Positions 7,632-16,619 of a DNA stretch of 29,661 nt are shown piece by piece (position 1 is the stretch's first letter; each line of letters starts with the position of its first letter). The DNA is taken from the IMG/VR virus record IMGVR_UViG_3300030372_001141, positions 1 through 29,661 of that record, one strand, 5' to 3'. The position numbers and the translations under genes were made by a program. The DNA is from a virus. Its lineage: Duplodnaviria; Caudoviricetes. Under the pieces are notes generated by a model. That model did no database searches. It saw nothing but the letters and a program-made list of their open reading frames with translations, and had not been told where the DNA came from.

Positions 7632-8049
7632 AAAGTTTTTTACATCATTAGCAAACAAAATGCGTAAAGACTACGTAGACCATATTTTTGAAAAAGGTAT
7701 AGATGTAAATGGAAGCAAGTTTAAAAGTTATAGCACAAAATATGGCATAAGAAAAAGGCAAAACAAATTTAAAAGACAATCAGCATCGTTTGCTAATACA
7801 ACATCACCTGTATTGACTGGCGATTTAATGAACGATGCAAAACCTAGCAGCACAACAAATTCTGCAAAAATAAGATTTGCAGCACATGGTGGCAAAATTA
7901 ATAATCTTGCTAAGTTAGGCAGGGTGCTTACTAGCGATAAACAGCCATTACCTACAAAAGTTATTTCAATGATAGATAGAGAAGTAGAGAAAGAAATAAA
8001 ACTAAAGCTACCTAAAAGCAAAAGATTTAAATTTAAATTTGGAAAATAA
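7621..8049 (+). CDS. Virion morphogenesis / neck protein (Mu gpG-like)
   Basis: GIDVNGSKFKSYSTKY...PVLTGDLMN motif; basic protein. Confidence 0.6.
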   Translation: MLDKKFFTSLANKMRKDYVDHIFEKGIDVNGSKFKSYSTKYGIRKRQNKFKRQSASFANTTSPVLTGDLMNDAKPSSTTNSAKIRFAAHGGKINNLAKLGRVLTSDKQPLPTKVISMIDREVEKEIKLKLPKSKRFKFKFGK

Positions 8050-8061
8050 ATATTTTTTATA

Positions 8062-8090
8062 TTGACTTTAATGTTTAATATATGTATAAC
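8062..8090 (+). promoter_or_regulatory. Sigma70-type promoter for scaffold/capsid genes
   Basis: TTGACT (8062-8067), 17 nt, TATAAC (8085-8090) in an AT-rich intergenic gap. Confidence 0.65.
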
Positions 8091-8124
8091 GATTTTGTTA
8101 AAATAACTCACAAAAGAGGTACAA

Positions 8125-8655
8125 ATGTCAGAACAAAACGAAACACCCATCGTTGAACAAAACAACGCAAAAAATGAGGACACACAAGTTCAAACAAATG
8201 AAAACATGATACCACAAAGCAGATTCAATGAAGTTAATGCTCAGAAAAATCAATTAGCTGAAAAACTAGCTAACATTGAACAAGCACAAGAACAGCAAAG
8301 AAAGGCTGACCTTGAAAAACAAGGCGAGTACAAAACCTTGCTTGAAGAACAAGGCAGAGAGCTTGAAAAATACAAAGTTGATTCTAATGCGTGGAATGAA
8401 TACAAAACCAAAAAGCGAGCATCAATCATGGAAACAATAACAAATGATGAAGATAAACTAATTGCAGAAGATTTATCACTTGCGAAATTGGAGACGTTTG
8501 CGAGCAGGGTGACGCAGACAAATACGGTAAGCACTCCTAACAATAGACCTGCGAATAGTTCAAAGGGTACTGGTGAATTTGGTGGGTATAGTTCTTGGAC
8601 AGAATTTGCTCAAAACGACCCAGTGGGTGCAGATAAAGCATTGAACAAATTATAA
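8125..8655 (+). CDS. Capsid scaffolding protein
   Basis: Acidic N-terminus, IPQSRFNEVN, coiled coil with EKQGEYKTL; lies directly before the capsid gene. Confidence 0.85.
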   Translation: MSEQNETPIVEQNNAKNEDTQVQTNENMIPQSRFNEVNAQKNQLAEKLANIEQAQEQQRKADLEKQGEYKTLLEEQGRELEKYKVDSNAWNEYKTKKRASIMETITNDEDKLIAEDLSLAKLETFASRVTQTNTVSTPNNRPANSSKGTGEFGGYSSWTEFAQNDPVGADKALNKL

Positions 8656-8671
8656 AAAGGTAGGTATTTAA

Positions 8672-9637
8672 ATGAATGTGTTAAATAACATACAAGGTTG
8701 GACTCAAAATGGTTATGCAGGTAACCATAAGATGGGCATAACCGATACAGATGTTGCTTTAGGACAAGCAGCAGGTATTACAACAGCGGCGGCTATTGTA
8801 CAATTTAATAAGGCAGCTGTTGTACCACAAACAGTAACAATGGCAGCAGCAGCAAAAGGTGCTGTGAGTGTATCATTTCCAACATTTACAAAGGTTGCAG
8901 CAAGTTCAGTGGAGTCAGATGCAGCAGGAGCAGAAGGAAGTGACTCACCTTTAGTTGATATTGGTTCAGCCGCTAATACAGTAGAAATTCTTAGAAGAAG
9001 TATTGCAGCAGGCGTTACAGACCTAGTTTCTCATGGAAGCAGTGACAATATGTTGGTGCAGACTGGTCAAATTCTAGGAAATGCTGTTGCAGCAGCTGTA
9101 GACAAAGAAGTGATGGCATTATTTGATGGCTTTAATACTGTAAAAGGTACAGCAACAGATGGTTTAAAGTTTCTTGATATTATGGACTGTATTGCATCTC
9201 TTGAAGCAAATGATGCTCCTAGACCTTATAGTGCAGTATTACACCCATTGCAAATGTACGGCTCATTTGGCTTGTCAAATGAATTTGGTGCAAGTGCTGT
9301 GCAGGGTAGTAACTCAGCATTTAATGGACTTGGAGGTTCAGGTGGAGTTGCAGACCAGTTTATAGGTGCAGGGTTTGTTACAAGCATTGCAGGAATAAAC
9401 TTCTACACATCTCCACAAGTGCTAGCAAATTCAGACCAACATAAAGGTGGAGTATTTGCTAAAACAGCTCTTGGAGTTGGATTCATAGACCAAGGCGGCG
9501 GAAGTTTGCTTGAGGTTAAATCTGACAGAAACGAGCTTGGAGCACAAACCGAACTAGTAGCAAATTCTTACTACGCAGCTACAGAACTTGTAGACCTGCA
9601 CGGTGTAGAGCTAACTACAGAAACAAGCACAGCTTAA
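8672..9637 (+). CDS. Major capsid protein (HK97 fold); alternative start at 8732
   Basis: 321 aa, Ala/Gly-rich; VSFPTF, GNAVAAAVDKEV, AVLHP, IAGINFYTS; follows the scaffold gene. Confidence 0.88.
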   Translation: MNVLNNIQGWTQNGYAGNHKMGITDTDVALGQAAGITTAAAIVQFNKAAVVPQTVTMAAAAKGAVSVSFPTFTKVAASSVESDAAGAEGSDSPLVDIGSAANTVEILRRSIAAGVTDLVSHGSSDNMLVQTGQILGNAVAAAVDKEVMALFDGFNTVKGTATDGLKFLDIMDCIASLEANDAPRPYSAVLHPLQMYGSFGLSNEFGASAVQGSNSAFNGLGGSGGVADQFIGAGFVTSIAGINFYTSPQVLANSDQHKGGVFAKTALGVGFIDQGGGSLLEVKSDRNELGAQTELVANSYYAATELVDLHGVELTTETSTA

Positions 9638-9654
9638 TATACAAGCTAGGCATT

Positions 9655-9677
9655 ATGGGGGAGCTTGTCTCCCCCAT
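9655..9677 (+). terminator. Strong hairpin after the capsid gene (attenuator/stabiliser; no U-tract)
   Basis: ATGGGGGAG-CTTGT-CTCCCCCAT, a perfect 9-bp stem. Confidence 0.55.
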
Positions 9678-9685
9678 GTGTATAT

Positions 9686-9961
9686 ATGAAAAATATTATT
9701 AAAAAAAATAAAACAAAAAAAGATATAGGGAATTTAAACAACAAAACGTTTGGAGTAAACCTAGACCCTAAGAATGATTTATGTTTATCAGAAAATGGAG
9801 ACAGGGGGCAAGAAGCAACATACAAAGGCACTAAAATGAAATATATGGATTATATTGCTGAAGTTACAGATAGGATTGAAAAAAACAAAAAAGGCAAAAC
9901 TGTTGAAAATGTTGGAATGTTTAGTGGCGTAAATTTTGACAAAAATGGTAAAATACTTTAA
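9686..9961 (+). CDS. Hypothetical protein
   Basis: ATG 9686 is preferred because TTG 9665 lies within the hairpin; 91 aa. Confidence 0.7.
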   Translation: MKNIIKKNKTKKDIGNLNNKTFGVNLDPKNDLCLSENGDRGQEATYKGTKMKYMDYIAEVTDRIEKNKKGKTVENVGMFSGVNFDKNGKIL

Positions 9962-9975
9962 TACTAGGAGAGCAA

Positions 9976-10149
9976 ATGGCTGAAACAAAAAAAATATCAA
10001 AAAAAAATAACAAAAAGCCTGCAAAACCTGCAAGCAAAAACATAAAATATAAAATAACAAAGCAAAATGGAAATGTTATGTACAGAGAAAATCTTGGTGA
10101 ATATGTAAAAATTTACGAAAGCAAAGGCTATAAAGTAGAGGAGATTTAA
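9976..10149 (+). CDS. Small Lys-rich protein, 57 aa (not in ORF track)
   Basis: SD AGGAG at 9966-9970; MAETKKISKKNNKKPAKPASKNIKYKITKQNGNVMYRENLGEYVKIYESKGYKVEEI; fills the gap. Confidence 0.85.
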   Translation: MAETKKISKKNNKKPAKPASKNIKYKITKQNGNVMYRENLGEYVKIYESKGYKVEEI

Positions 10150-10151
10150 AT

Positions 10152-10460
10152 ATGGCGATATTTACACCTATAACAACAGAAGCTGCATTAGGTACAGATG
10201 ATTCAGGTTCATCGAACATAAGCAGCAGTGAATTTGTAAGATTGTTTAATTCTGCCGCAGCAGGGACAGAACATTTAGTTACTTTAAACAAAGCAGATGG
10301 GACAGATGTGGGTACTTTTTCTTTAGATGGGCACGAGTCTGTAATAATACAAAAAACAAGTACAGATAAACTATTTGCTGCAAACGCAGCTGTGTTAGCG
10401 TGTGGAGTGCAAATTATAGAAGTTGAGCAACCTCGCAAATTTTCAAAAGCAGGACATTAG
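10152..10460 (+). CDS. Hypothetical protein, possibly a small virion/decoration protein
   Basis: 102 aa rich in A/S/T/G; SD GAGGAG. Confidence 0.7.
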   Translation: MAIFTPITTEAALGTDDSGSSNISSSEFVRLFNSAAAGTEHLVTLNKADGTDVGTFSLDGHESVIIQKTSTDKLFAANAAVLACGVQIIEVEQPRKFSKAGH

Positions 10461-10870
10461 TGACGAGCACGCTAATAGAAGCAGTAAAGCTGTCAGAAGG
10501 ATTTAGAGACAGAGTATACAAGGACACTCTTGGCATAGATACAATAGGTTACGGCTTCGCTATAAAGGATTTGGTTATAGACGAAGATATAGCAGAGATG
10601 ATTCTACGCAGGAAACTAGAAAAGTTAGTTGAGGACACTAACCGTCGATTTTCTTTCCTTAAAGACCTACCTGAGCAAGCACAAGACGTTATATATGAGA
10701 TGTGCTATCAACTGGGTATAACAGGAGTGTCAAAATTTAAAAAGACCTTAGCATATTTAGAGAACTTTGAATATAAGATGGCATCAAAAGAGATGTTGGA
10801 TTCTAAATGGGCAAGGCAAACACCAAACAGAGCTAAAAAACTTAGTGACGTAATAAAGTCGCTTTTTTAA
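10460..10870 (+). CDS. Endolysin, T4-lysozyme-like muramidase (GH24)
   Basis: EGFRDRVYKDTLGIDTIGYG gives the E-x8-D-x5-T triad; EMLDSKWARQTPNRA. Confidence 0.93.
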   Translation: MTSTLIEAVKLSEGFRDRVYKDTLGIDTIGYGFAIKDLVIDEDIAEMILRRKLEKLVEDTNRRFSFLKDLPEQAQDVIYEMCYQLGITGVSKFKKTLAYLENFEYKMASKEMLDSKWARQTPNRAKKLSDVIKSLF

Positions 10871-10885
10871 AATGAGAGGGGGTCT

Positions 10886-12103
10886 GTGCTAGACATACAC
10901 CCTAGTAAATTAGTTTGTCCACATTGCTACCACATAGGTATGAGGAGAGAGGGCAAAGACAGGCATGGAAAGCAACGCTATTTATGCAAAAGGTGTAAAA
11001 GTAAAACAATCTACCCTATTTGCGATGCAGATTTAGATATAGTAAGAGAGAATGTTAGGCTCTCAAAACAGAAGCAGAGAGCACAAGACAAAAACAGAAT
11101 ACATAACAAGGCATTTAGAGAGCACGCTAGAATAGAAAATGCCATTGAAGAATACAGTAAAGAATTAATTACGCTTTTTGAAAATAATAAATTAAGTTGC
11201 ACAACAACTAAACACAAAGTCAATAATAAGGCTGTAGGTGTTATACAGTTTTCAGATGTCCACTTCAACGAATTGGTGAATTTAGAAAACAATAAATATG
11301 ATTTCAAGGTTGCGTCAGCTAGGATACAATACTTTGTAAATAGGGCTAAATTGTACTTTAAAACAGCTAATGTGAGCAATGTAGTTGTCGCTTTGACTGG
11401 CGACATGATGAATAGCGATAGACGCTTAGATGAACTTTTAAATCAAGCTACAAACAGGGCTAAAGCAACATTTCTTGGGGTGGATATACTACAGCAAGCA
11501 ATATTGGACATGAACAAAGACTATAACGTAACTGTTGCATCTATAGTAGGAAACGAAGGCAGAGCAAATAAAGAAATGGGTTGGAGCAATATAGTAGCTA
11601 CAGACAATTATGACTATACTATATTTCAATGCCTAAGATACTTATTTAAGGATAGTGACATAGAGTTTGTGCATGGTGACCCATCAGAGCTTGTTATAAA
11701 TGTTGCAGGGCAAAATTTACTGATGTTGCACGGTCATGGCTCAATAAGAGGAAAGCTAGAAACAAGTATAAATCAAATTGTTGGCAGATATTCTTTGAAG
11801 GGCGTAAAAATAGATTATGTTATTTTTGGACACGTTCACAGTGCAAGGGTCGGAGATAACTTTGGAAGGTCGTCATCACTGGTAGGTGCGAACGACTATG
11901 CAGAGAAAGCACTTAATCTCAATGGTAGGGCTAGTCAAAACTGCTACGTGTTTTATAGCAACGGGAACAGGGACGGGATTAAGGTGGACTTGCAAAACGT
12001 AGATTGCGAAGGGTATGACATAGACTCATCACTTGAAGCATACAATGCAAAGTCACACGGCAAGACAAGAAAACAAAAGACAATATTTGAGGTAGTAGTA
12101 TAG
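10886..12103 (+). CDS. Zn-ribbon fused to a calcineurin-like metallophosphoesterase
   Basis: CPHC...GKQRYLCKRC, then SDVH, GDMM, GNEG, HGH and GHVH motifs. Confidence 0.85.
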   Translation: MLDIHPSKLVCPHCYHIGMRREGKDRHGKQRYLCKRCKSKTIYPICDADLDIVRENVRLSKQKQRAQDKNRIHNKAFREHARIENAIEEYSKELITLFENNKLSCTTTKHKVNNKAVGVIQFSDVHFNELVNLENNKYDFKVASARIQYFVNRAKLYFKTANVSNVVVALTGDMMNSDRRLDELLNQATNRAKATFLGVDILQQAILDMNKDYNVTVASIVGNEGRANKEMGWSNIVATDNYDYTIFQCLRYLFKDSDIEFVHGDPSELVINVAGQNLLMLHGHGSIRGKLETSINQIVGRYSLKGVKIDYVIFGHVHSARVGDNFGRSSSLVGANDYAEKALNLNGRASQNCYVFYSNGNRDGIKVDLQNVDCEGYDIDSSLEAYNAKSHGKTRKQKTIFEVVV

Positions 12104-12400
12104 ATGGATATATTTGAACTAATTAAAGAGTATGGCGTTAGCTTAGTAGGCTTGGTGGCTTTGGCTTACTATGTTAAAACGCAAAATGATTGGATTACAA
12201 ACGAGCTACAAACAGAGCTTAGAGAATCATTTACAAGATTAGAAGGGATTGTCATTAAGTTAATAGACAACTCAAAGAAAGTAGAAATTAAACAATCAGA
12301 AATAAAAGCTAGCTATAGAGCGATAGTAGAAATACTAGCTAGCATGAGTGGCAATGGACTTAAAGAGAAGTTCATGCGTAAACAAGACAAACATTTTTAA
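12104..12400 (+). CDS. Putative holin (single N-terminal transmembrane helix)
   Basis: YGVSLVGLVALAYYV hydrophobic segment followed by a coiled coil and basic tail; near the endolysin. Confidence 0.5.
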   Translation: MDIFELIKEYGVSLVGLVALAYYVKTQNDWITNELQTELRESFTRLEGIVIKLIDNSKKVEIKQSEIKASYRAIVEILASMSGNGLKEKFMRKQDKHF

Positions 12401-12412
12401 AGAGGAGACAAT

Positions 12413-12709
12413 ATGTTAGAGAATATATTAGGAGCAGTAACAGGTAACTCAGGAATTTTAGTTGGTGGAGGAGCATCAGCAGTAGTGTTATGGGTATTAA
12501 AAAAGATACCAAATGAAAGTATTTGCAGTGTAGTAGAAACCACATTTGAAAGTCTAGGCAAGGTAATGACACTTGGTCTAGGTAAATGGAGCGTAACAAA
12601 AGGAGTGTGGAACAAGACAATAGAGCCATATTTTATAGACCTTGTAGACAACGTATTTGGGTCTTTAGTGCGTGGATTTATTAAAGGACTAAGGAGCGAT
12701 AACAAGTAG
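12413..12709 (+). CDS. Hydrophobic/amphipathic membrane protein (possible lysis accessory)
   Basis: GILVGGGASAVVLWVLKK and amphipathic helices; SD GAGGAG. Confidence 0.55.
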   Translation: MLENILGAVTGNSGILVGGGASAVVLWVLKKIPNESICSVVETTFESLGKVMTLGLGKWSVTKGVWNKTIEPYFIDLVDNVFGSLVRGFIKGLRSDNK

Positions 12710-12909
12710 TGAATTTAATCCCTGTATTAAAACTTTTATCAAAAGCAAAAGAAATACATGATTATGTTAAAAAACCAAATAATCTTGATTTGCAAAATGA
12801 TATGCTTTTAACACGCTTGCAAAAATTAGAAGAAAAGATTGAAAAGGTTGAAAAGACATTGAAGAAAAAAAAGAACATAGCAAGTGAATACAAATGGGGC
12901 AAAGATTAG
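12709..12909 (+). CDS. Small coiled-coil protein
   Basis: RLQKLEEKIEKVEKTL; TAGTG coupling to the upstream gene. Confidence 0.6.
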   Translation: MNLIPVLKLLSKAKEIHDYVKKPNNLDLQNDMLLTRLQKLEEKIEKVEKTLKKKKNIASEYKWGKD

Positions 12910-14147
12910 TGGGCACGGGGTTTAAAAAAATAAAACCTACACAAGCAGGAGTAAAACGCAATCTTGCTTTAGATGACCCATTAGACCAACACTACAAGCC
13001 AATAAAAGTAGAGGGTTTTAATACAGGGCTACAAATAAAAAAAGACACTGATGTACGCATAGAAGGTGATTTAAAAGTTACAGGCGATATATCTTTAGAA
13101 GGTGGTGATATAAATTTTGATAAAGTAGCTACAGAGCAAATTAAACTAGGTGACAATACAACAATACAATCAGAAACTACAGACCTTTTATCAATAGAAA
13201 GTACAGGGCTAGTTGTAAGTGGCGTACAACAAGCAGCTCAAACTACTGTCGGCATATTAACTCAAAGTGGACAAGACTCTAAGTATGCTTTATATAATGG
13301 AGCAACATTGCGATGGACTGTAGGAAACGATGCAGATGATTCTAATAAATTAAAGATAGATTCAGATAATCTTACTGTTGGTGGTAATACAAAGCTAACA
13401 TTAGATTCTAGTGGGAATTTAACAGTTACAGGTAATGTAGTGAGCTCTGCGGGCACACTCGGTGCAGGTGGTGCTAGTGCTTTAAATGATTTGTCTGATG
13501 TCACGTATTCTAGCGGTGATTTAACAATAAGCAGTTTAGATAAAATTATAGCAGATGATTTTGTTATAGATTCAGGTGCTAGTATAGAGCTTGACTCTAA
13601 TAATGGTAACTTTGTTGCAAAGAAAGCAGGCACAGAGTTTAGTGCAACAAATAGTGCTTATGCAGGCATGATATTAGGCTATACATATTTACACCCTACA
13701 GATGGAACAGTTACACACGAAATACAAAACAGCATGACAGTTGAAGATAGCACACATCAAATATCTTTTAAAACACCACCAAGCGAATTTGTAGAAATTG
13801 AGCTCAGTTGCTTTATTAATGTGAGTAGCACAGACACAAATATAGATGTGGGTCTTAGTGACAACAGCACATATAATTCAATAGGTGGTCAATTTGAATA
13901 TGATTTTGCAGGGGTGTATTTTACAGACGATGAAGTCGATGATGATATATTGACAGTAAAATGGGTTTTAAGTGCAAGTGAACTAGCATCTATAGGGTCA
14001 AGCAATACATTTTATATTGGATTTTCAACAGCAGGTGCAACAAAAACTGCCAACATATCTTATGGCTTAAGAAGTTCGCATGGAGTTAGTCACCCTCCAT
14101 TTGTAATTAAAGCAACAGCATTGCCTGCAACTATATACACAGGATAA
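12894..14147 (+). CDS. Fibre/spike-like virion protein
   Basis: Beta-rich G/S/T/D composition; LTLDSSGNLTVTGNV and GASALNDLSDV repeats typical of fibres. Confidence 0.6.
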   Translation: MGQRLVGTGFKKIKPTQAGVKRNLALDDPLDQHYKPIKVEGFNTGLQIKKDTDVRIEGDLKVTGDISLEGGDINFDKVATEQIKLGDNTTIQSETTDLLSIESTGLVVSGVQQAAQTTVGILTQSGQDSKYALYNGATLRWTVGNDADDSNKLKIDSDNLTVGGNTKLTLDSSGNLTVTGNVVSSAGTLGAGGASALNDLSDVTYSSGDLTISSLDKIIADDFVIDSGASIELDSNNGNFVAKKAGTEFSATNSAYAGMILGYTYLHPTDGTVTHEIQNSMTVEDSTHQISFKTPPSEFVEIELSCFINVSSTDTNIDVGLSDNSTYNSIGGQFEYDFAGVYFTDDEVDDDILTVKWVLSASELASIGSSNTFYIGFSTAGATKTANISYGLRSSHGVSHPPFVIKATALPATIYTG

Positions 14148-14159
14148 TTAAGGAGAATA

Positions 14160-14948
14160 ATGAGCATTATAAATAAATCACCGACGCAAATTTATAAAGA
14201 TTTATTGCAAATGGATAACAATAACACTGGGGTTACAACAAGTTCAGTGCAAGTTAAAGATGGAGAAGGTACAGCGTCTGCACTTTATTTGTCAGATGAT
14301 GAAGTCAAAGTCGCACCAGTAAATGATGATACTAGCTCTGCGTTTAAAGTTAGCACTAAAAGTGGCACAGACGTTTTAACAGTAGATACGACAAATCAAC
14401 TAGTCGTTGCATCAGGTAATAAAATAAATACGCAATACTCTACATTTAGCATTGTTAATTCAGAGTCAGCTAGCTTTGCAGATGATACTCATCAAGCAAT
14501 CCCATTTAATCACGCTAATTATGGTGATTCATCTAATCCACCTGCATTTGGTACTGGTACAGACCCTGCTACTACTTTTACAACGGCTGAAGGCAATGGA
14601 ACTAGAGCAAGTGATATTATACCATGTCTATGGTATGTGCCTGATGCGATAACGATTGACGCTGTGTATTCTTTAGAGGGTGCAGACACTGCGACTGGTG
14701 ACACAACACGTATGCATTTATTTAGTTACAATTTTAGCAATGGCTCAACATCTATGTTGTCATCAGGAACACTGTTAGCACATAACAGCGATGTTACAAA
14801 CGCAGGAAGCGAACAAGGTTATTTTTCTTCATGGACTGTAGATAGTAGTGCAGTTGCAGCAGGCAGTATGATTTTAGCTTTTTTTAAAAGTGACAGTATA
14901 AACTCGGACTATTCATTAAACATTACAGTGAAATACCATCTTACTTAG
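14160..14948 (+). CDS. Fibre-like virion protein
   Basis: Ser/Thr-rich; AFKVSTKSGTDVLTVDTTN shaft-type motif; SD AAGGAG. Confidence 0.55.
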   Translation: MSIINKSPTQIYKDLLQMDNNNTGVTTSSVQVKDGEGTASALYLSDDEVKVAPVNDDTSSAFKVSTKSGTDVLTVDTTNQLVVASGNKINTQYSTFSIVNSESASFADDTHQAIPFNHANYGDSSNPPAFGTGTDPATTFTTAEGNGTRASDIIPCLWYVPDAITIDAVYSLEGADTATGDTTRMHLFSYNFSNGSTSMLSSGTLLAHNSDVTNAGSEQGYFSSWTVDSSAVAAGSMILAFFKSDSINSDYSLNITVKYHLT

Positions 14949-14957
14949 GAGCAAATT

Positions 14958-16511
14958 ATGACAATGAAAAAATCAAGACAGCAGCCATATAATCGTGGCG
15001 ACAATAGAAACAGGAGAGACCGTGATAAGTTTGCAACGCCGATTGCTACAATTAAAAAATCTTTAACATATAGTGCAGATACACCTGATTTGCTATTAGA
15101 TGTAAATGCAACAGCAAGTGCAACTGCGTCAAAAGCAGGCACAATTAGTGCTATTAAAGTTAAAAATGACGGATACGTTCCTGCACTAGCGTCATTTGTT
15201 TACAACTCATACACAGCAGAAGGCACAATAGATTCAGATGCTAGTGGATTGAGGTATGTAAAATATTTATTAAATCCGAATGAAGAAATTATGATGCCAA
15301 CAACAAGAGCAATTATTGGTGACGCTGTAGGTGAATATGATGGAACAGCAGTAGATAGTGCTTCTGTGACAACAGCAGAGTCGTTAGATTCAGGTGCAGA
15401 TGTAGACACAGCAACTTCAAACGATATAACATCAGATGCAACTATTACAACAATACACCTTGAAGATGGGCATAGTAAATATTTTTATGCAGGAGATTTG
15501 ATAAGGATAGATACTGAAATATTAGAAGTTTTATCGGTAGGGACAGGTGCAGACTTAGCAAATAGCACATTGACTGTAAAAAGAGGTGTTATGGGCTCAA
15601 CAGCAGCAACTCACAATGATGACAGAGCAGTACACTTACCATTTTTTAATATGCATCATAAATATGTATCAGCAGGCAATGAAAAAGGAAAAACGACAGA
15701 CAGTAGAGGACGTTGGAAATCAATGAACTTTTTTGGGTATGGTCGTTCGGCAGGTGACCAAGCAGGGCTTACAGCGGGCTCTATAGCTATACAATTTTAT
15801 GAAGCAGGTTTTGCAAAAGCTAATTTGTCTGATATAACTGCTGACACAGAAAGTGGACTAGCAGCAAGTACAGCATATGAGTTTGATATAACGGTAGATG
15901 GAGGTACTACATTTGATAATCTCACATTCACTACTGACGCTACAAACTTGAAATTTGGTGGTTCTACTGGAATCATTAAAAAAATACAAGATGCTTTGGA
16001 TACGCAATACTATACATCGGGCAATTTGTTTGAAAAGAAAGTAACAGTAAATCTAGAAAATGGTGACATAGTGTTTAGGAGTGGTTCATTCCTATCTACA
16101 TCAGCAATAGCAATAGGTGCGGGTTCAACTGGTGCGGCAGAGTTTTTAGGTACAGGTAGAATACCATCTGCATTTGAATCAGTAGACGCTAGACTGCAAA
16201 CAGAAACAGAGTATGACCCAATAACAAACGATGCTATCTATAAAGAAATATTCATCAGAGACGATGGAAATGGTAATTTAATATGGAAGAATGAACAAAG
16301 AGTCGGTGAGGTTAATTATGAAACAGGTGCAATTTCTTGGACATTATCTGAAAGACCAAATGCTGAATTTGTAGTTAGTGTTTTACACACTGGACCATTT
16401 AGTGGTAAATTAGACGCAACGCAAAGCAATAGAAGAAACTCACTTAGACAAATTTTAGGCAACACTCCACAGCAAAAATGTGAAGCACAGCTTACAATTA
16501 CAACATATTAG
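14958..16511 (+). CDS. Multi-domain virion structural protein
   Basis: IDTEILEV...LTVKRGVMGSTAATH barrel motif and DDGNGNL...GEVNYETG motif, both typical of virion proteins. Confidence 0.6.
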   Translation: MTMKKSRQQPYNRGDNRNRRDRDKFATPIATIKKSLTYSADTPDLLLDVNATASATASKAGTISAIKVKNDGYVPALASFVYNSYTAEGTIDSDASGLRYVKYLLNPNEEIMMPTTRAIIGDAVGEYDGTAVDSASVTTAESLDSGADVDTATSNDITSDATITTIHLEDGHSKYFYAGDLIRIDTEILEVLSVGTGADLANSTLTVKRGVMGSTAATHNDDRAVHLPFFNMHHKYVSAGNEKGKTTDSRGRWKSMNFFGYGRSAGDQAGLTAGSIAIQFYEAGFAKANLSDITADTESGLAASTAYEFDITVDGGTTFDNLTFTTDATNLKFGGSTGIIKKIQDALDTQYYTSGNLFEKKVTVNLENGDIVFRSGSFLSTSAIAIGAGSTGAAEFLGTGRIPSAFESVDARLQTETEYDPITNDAIYKEIFIRDDGNGNLIWKNEQRVGEVNYETGAISWTLSERPNAEFVVSVLHTGPFSGKLDATQSNRRNSLRQILGNTPQQKCEAQLTITTY

Positions 16512-16520
16512 GAGGTAAAT

Positions 16521-16619
16521 ATGCCATACGGAAAAGGAACTTACGGCAAAAAAAGAGGTAGACCGAAACTAAAAAGAAATATGAAAAGAAAGCGAATCAC
16601 TAAAAGAAAGAGGAAATAA
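16521..16619 (+). CDS. 32-aa highly basic AT-hook-like peptide (not in ORF track)
   Basis: SD AGGAGGT; MPYGKGTYGKKRGRPKLKRNMKRKRITKRKRK; stop abuts the next ATG at 16620. Confidence 0.85.
   Translation: MPYGKGTYGKKRGRPKLKRNMKRKRITKRKRK

Noticed and set aside
10886-11010. IS1 element suggested by the InsA-like zinc ribbon
   Set aside because: There is no DDE domain, and no terminal inverted repeats or target duplication were seen; the ribbon is fused to a phosphoesterase.
9174-14652. Nested + strand alternative-frame ORFs 9174-9365 and 14452-14652
   Set aside because: They lie wholly inside the capsid and fibre genes, with no SD or motifs.
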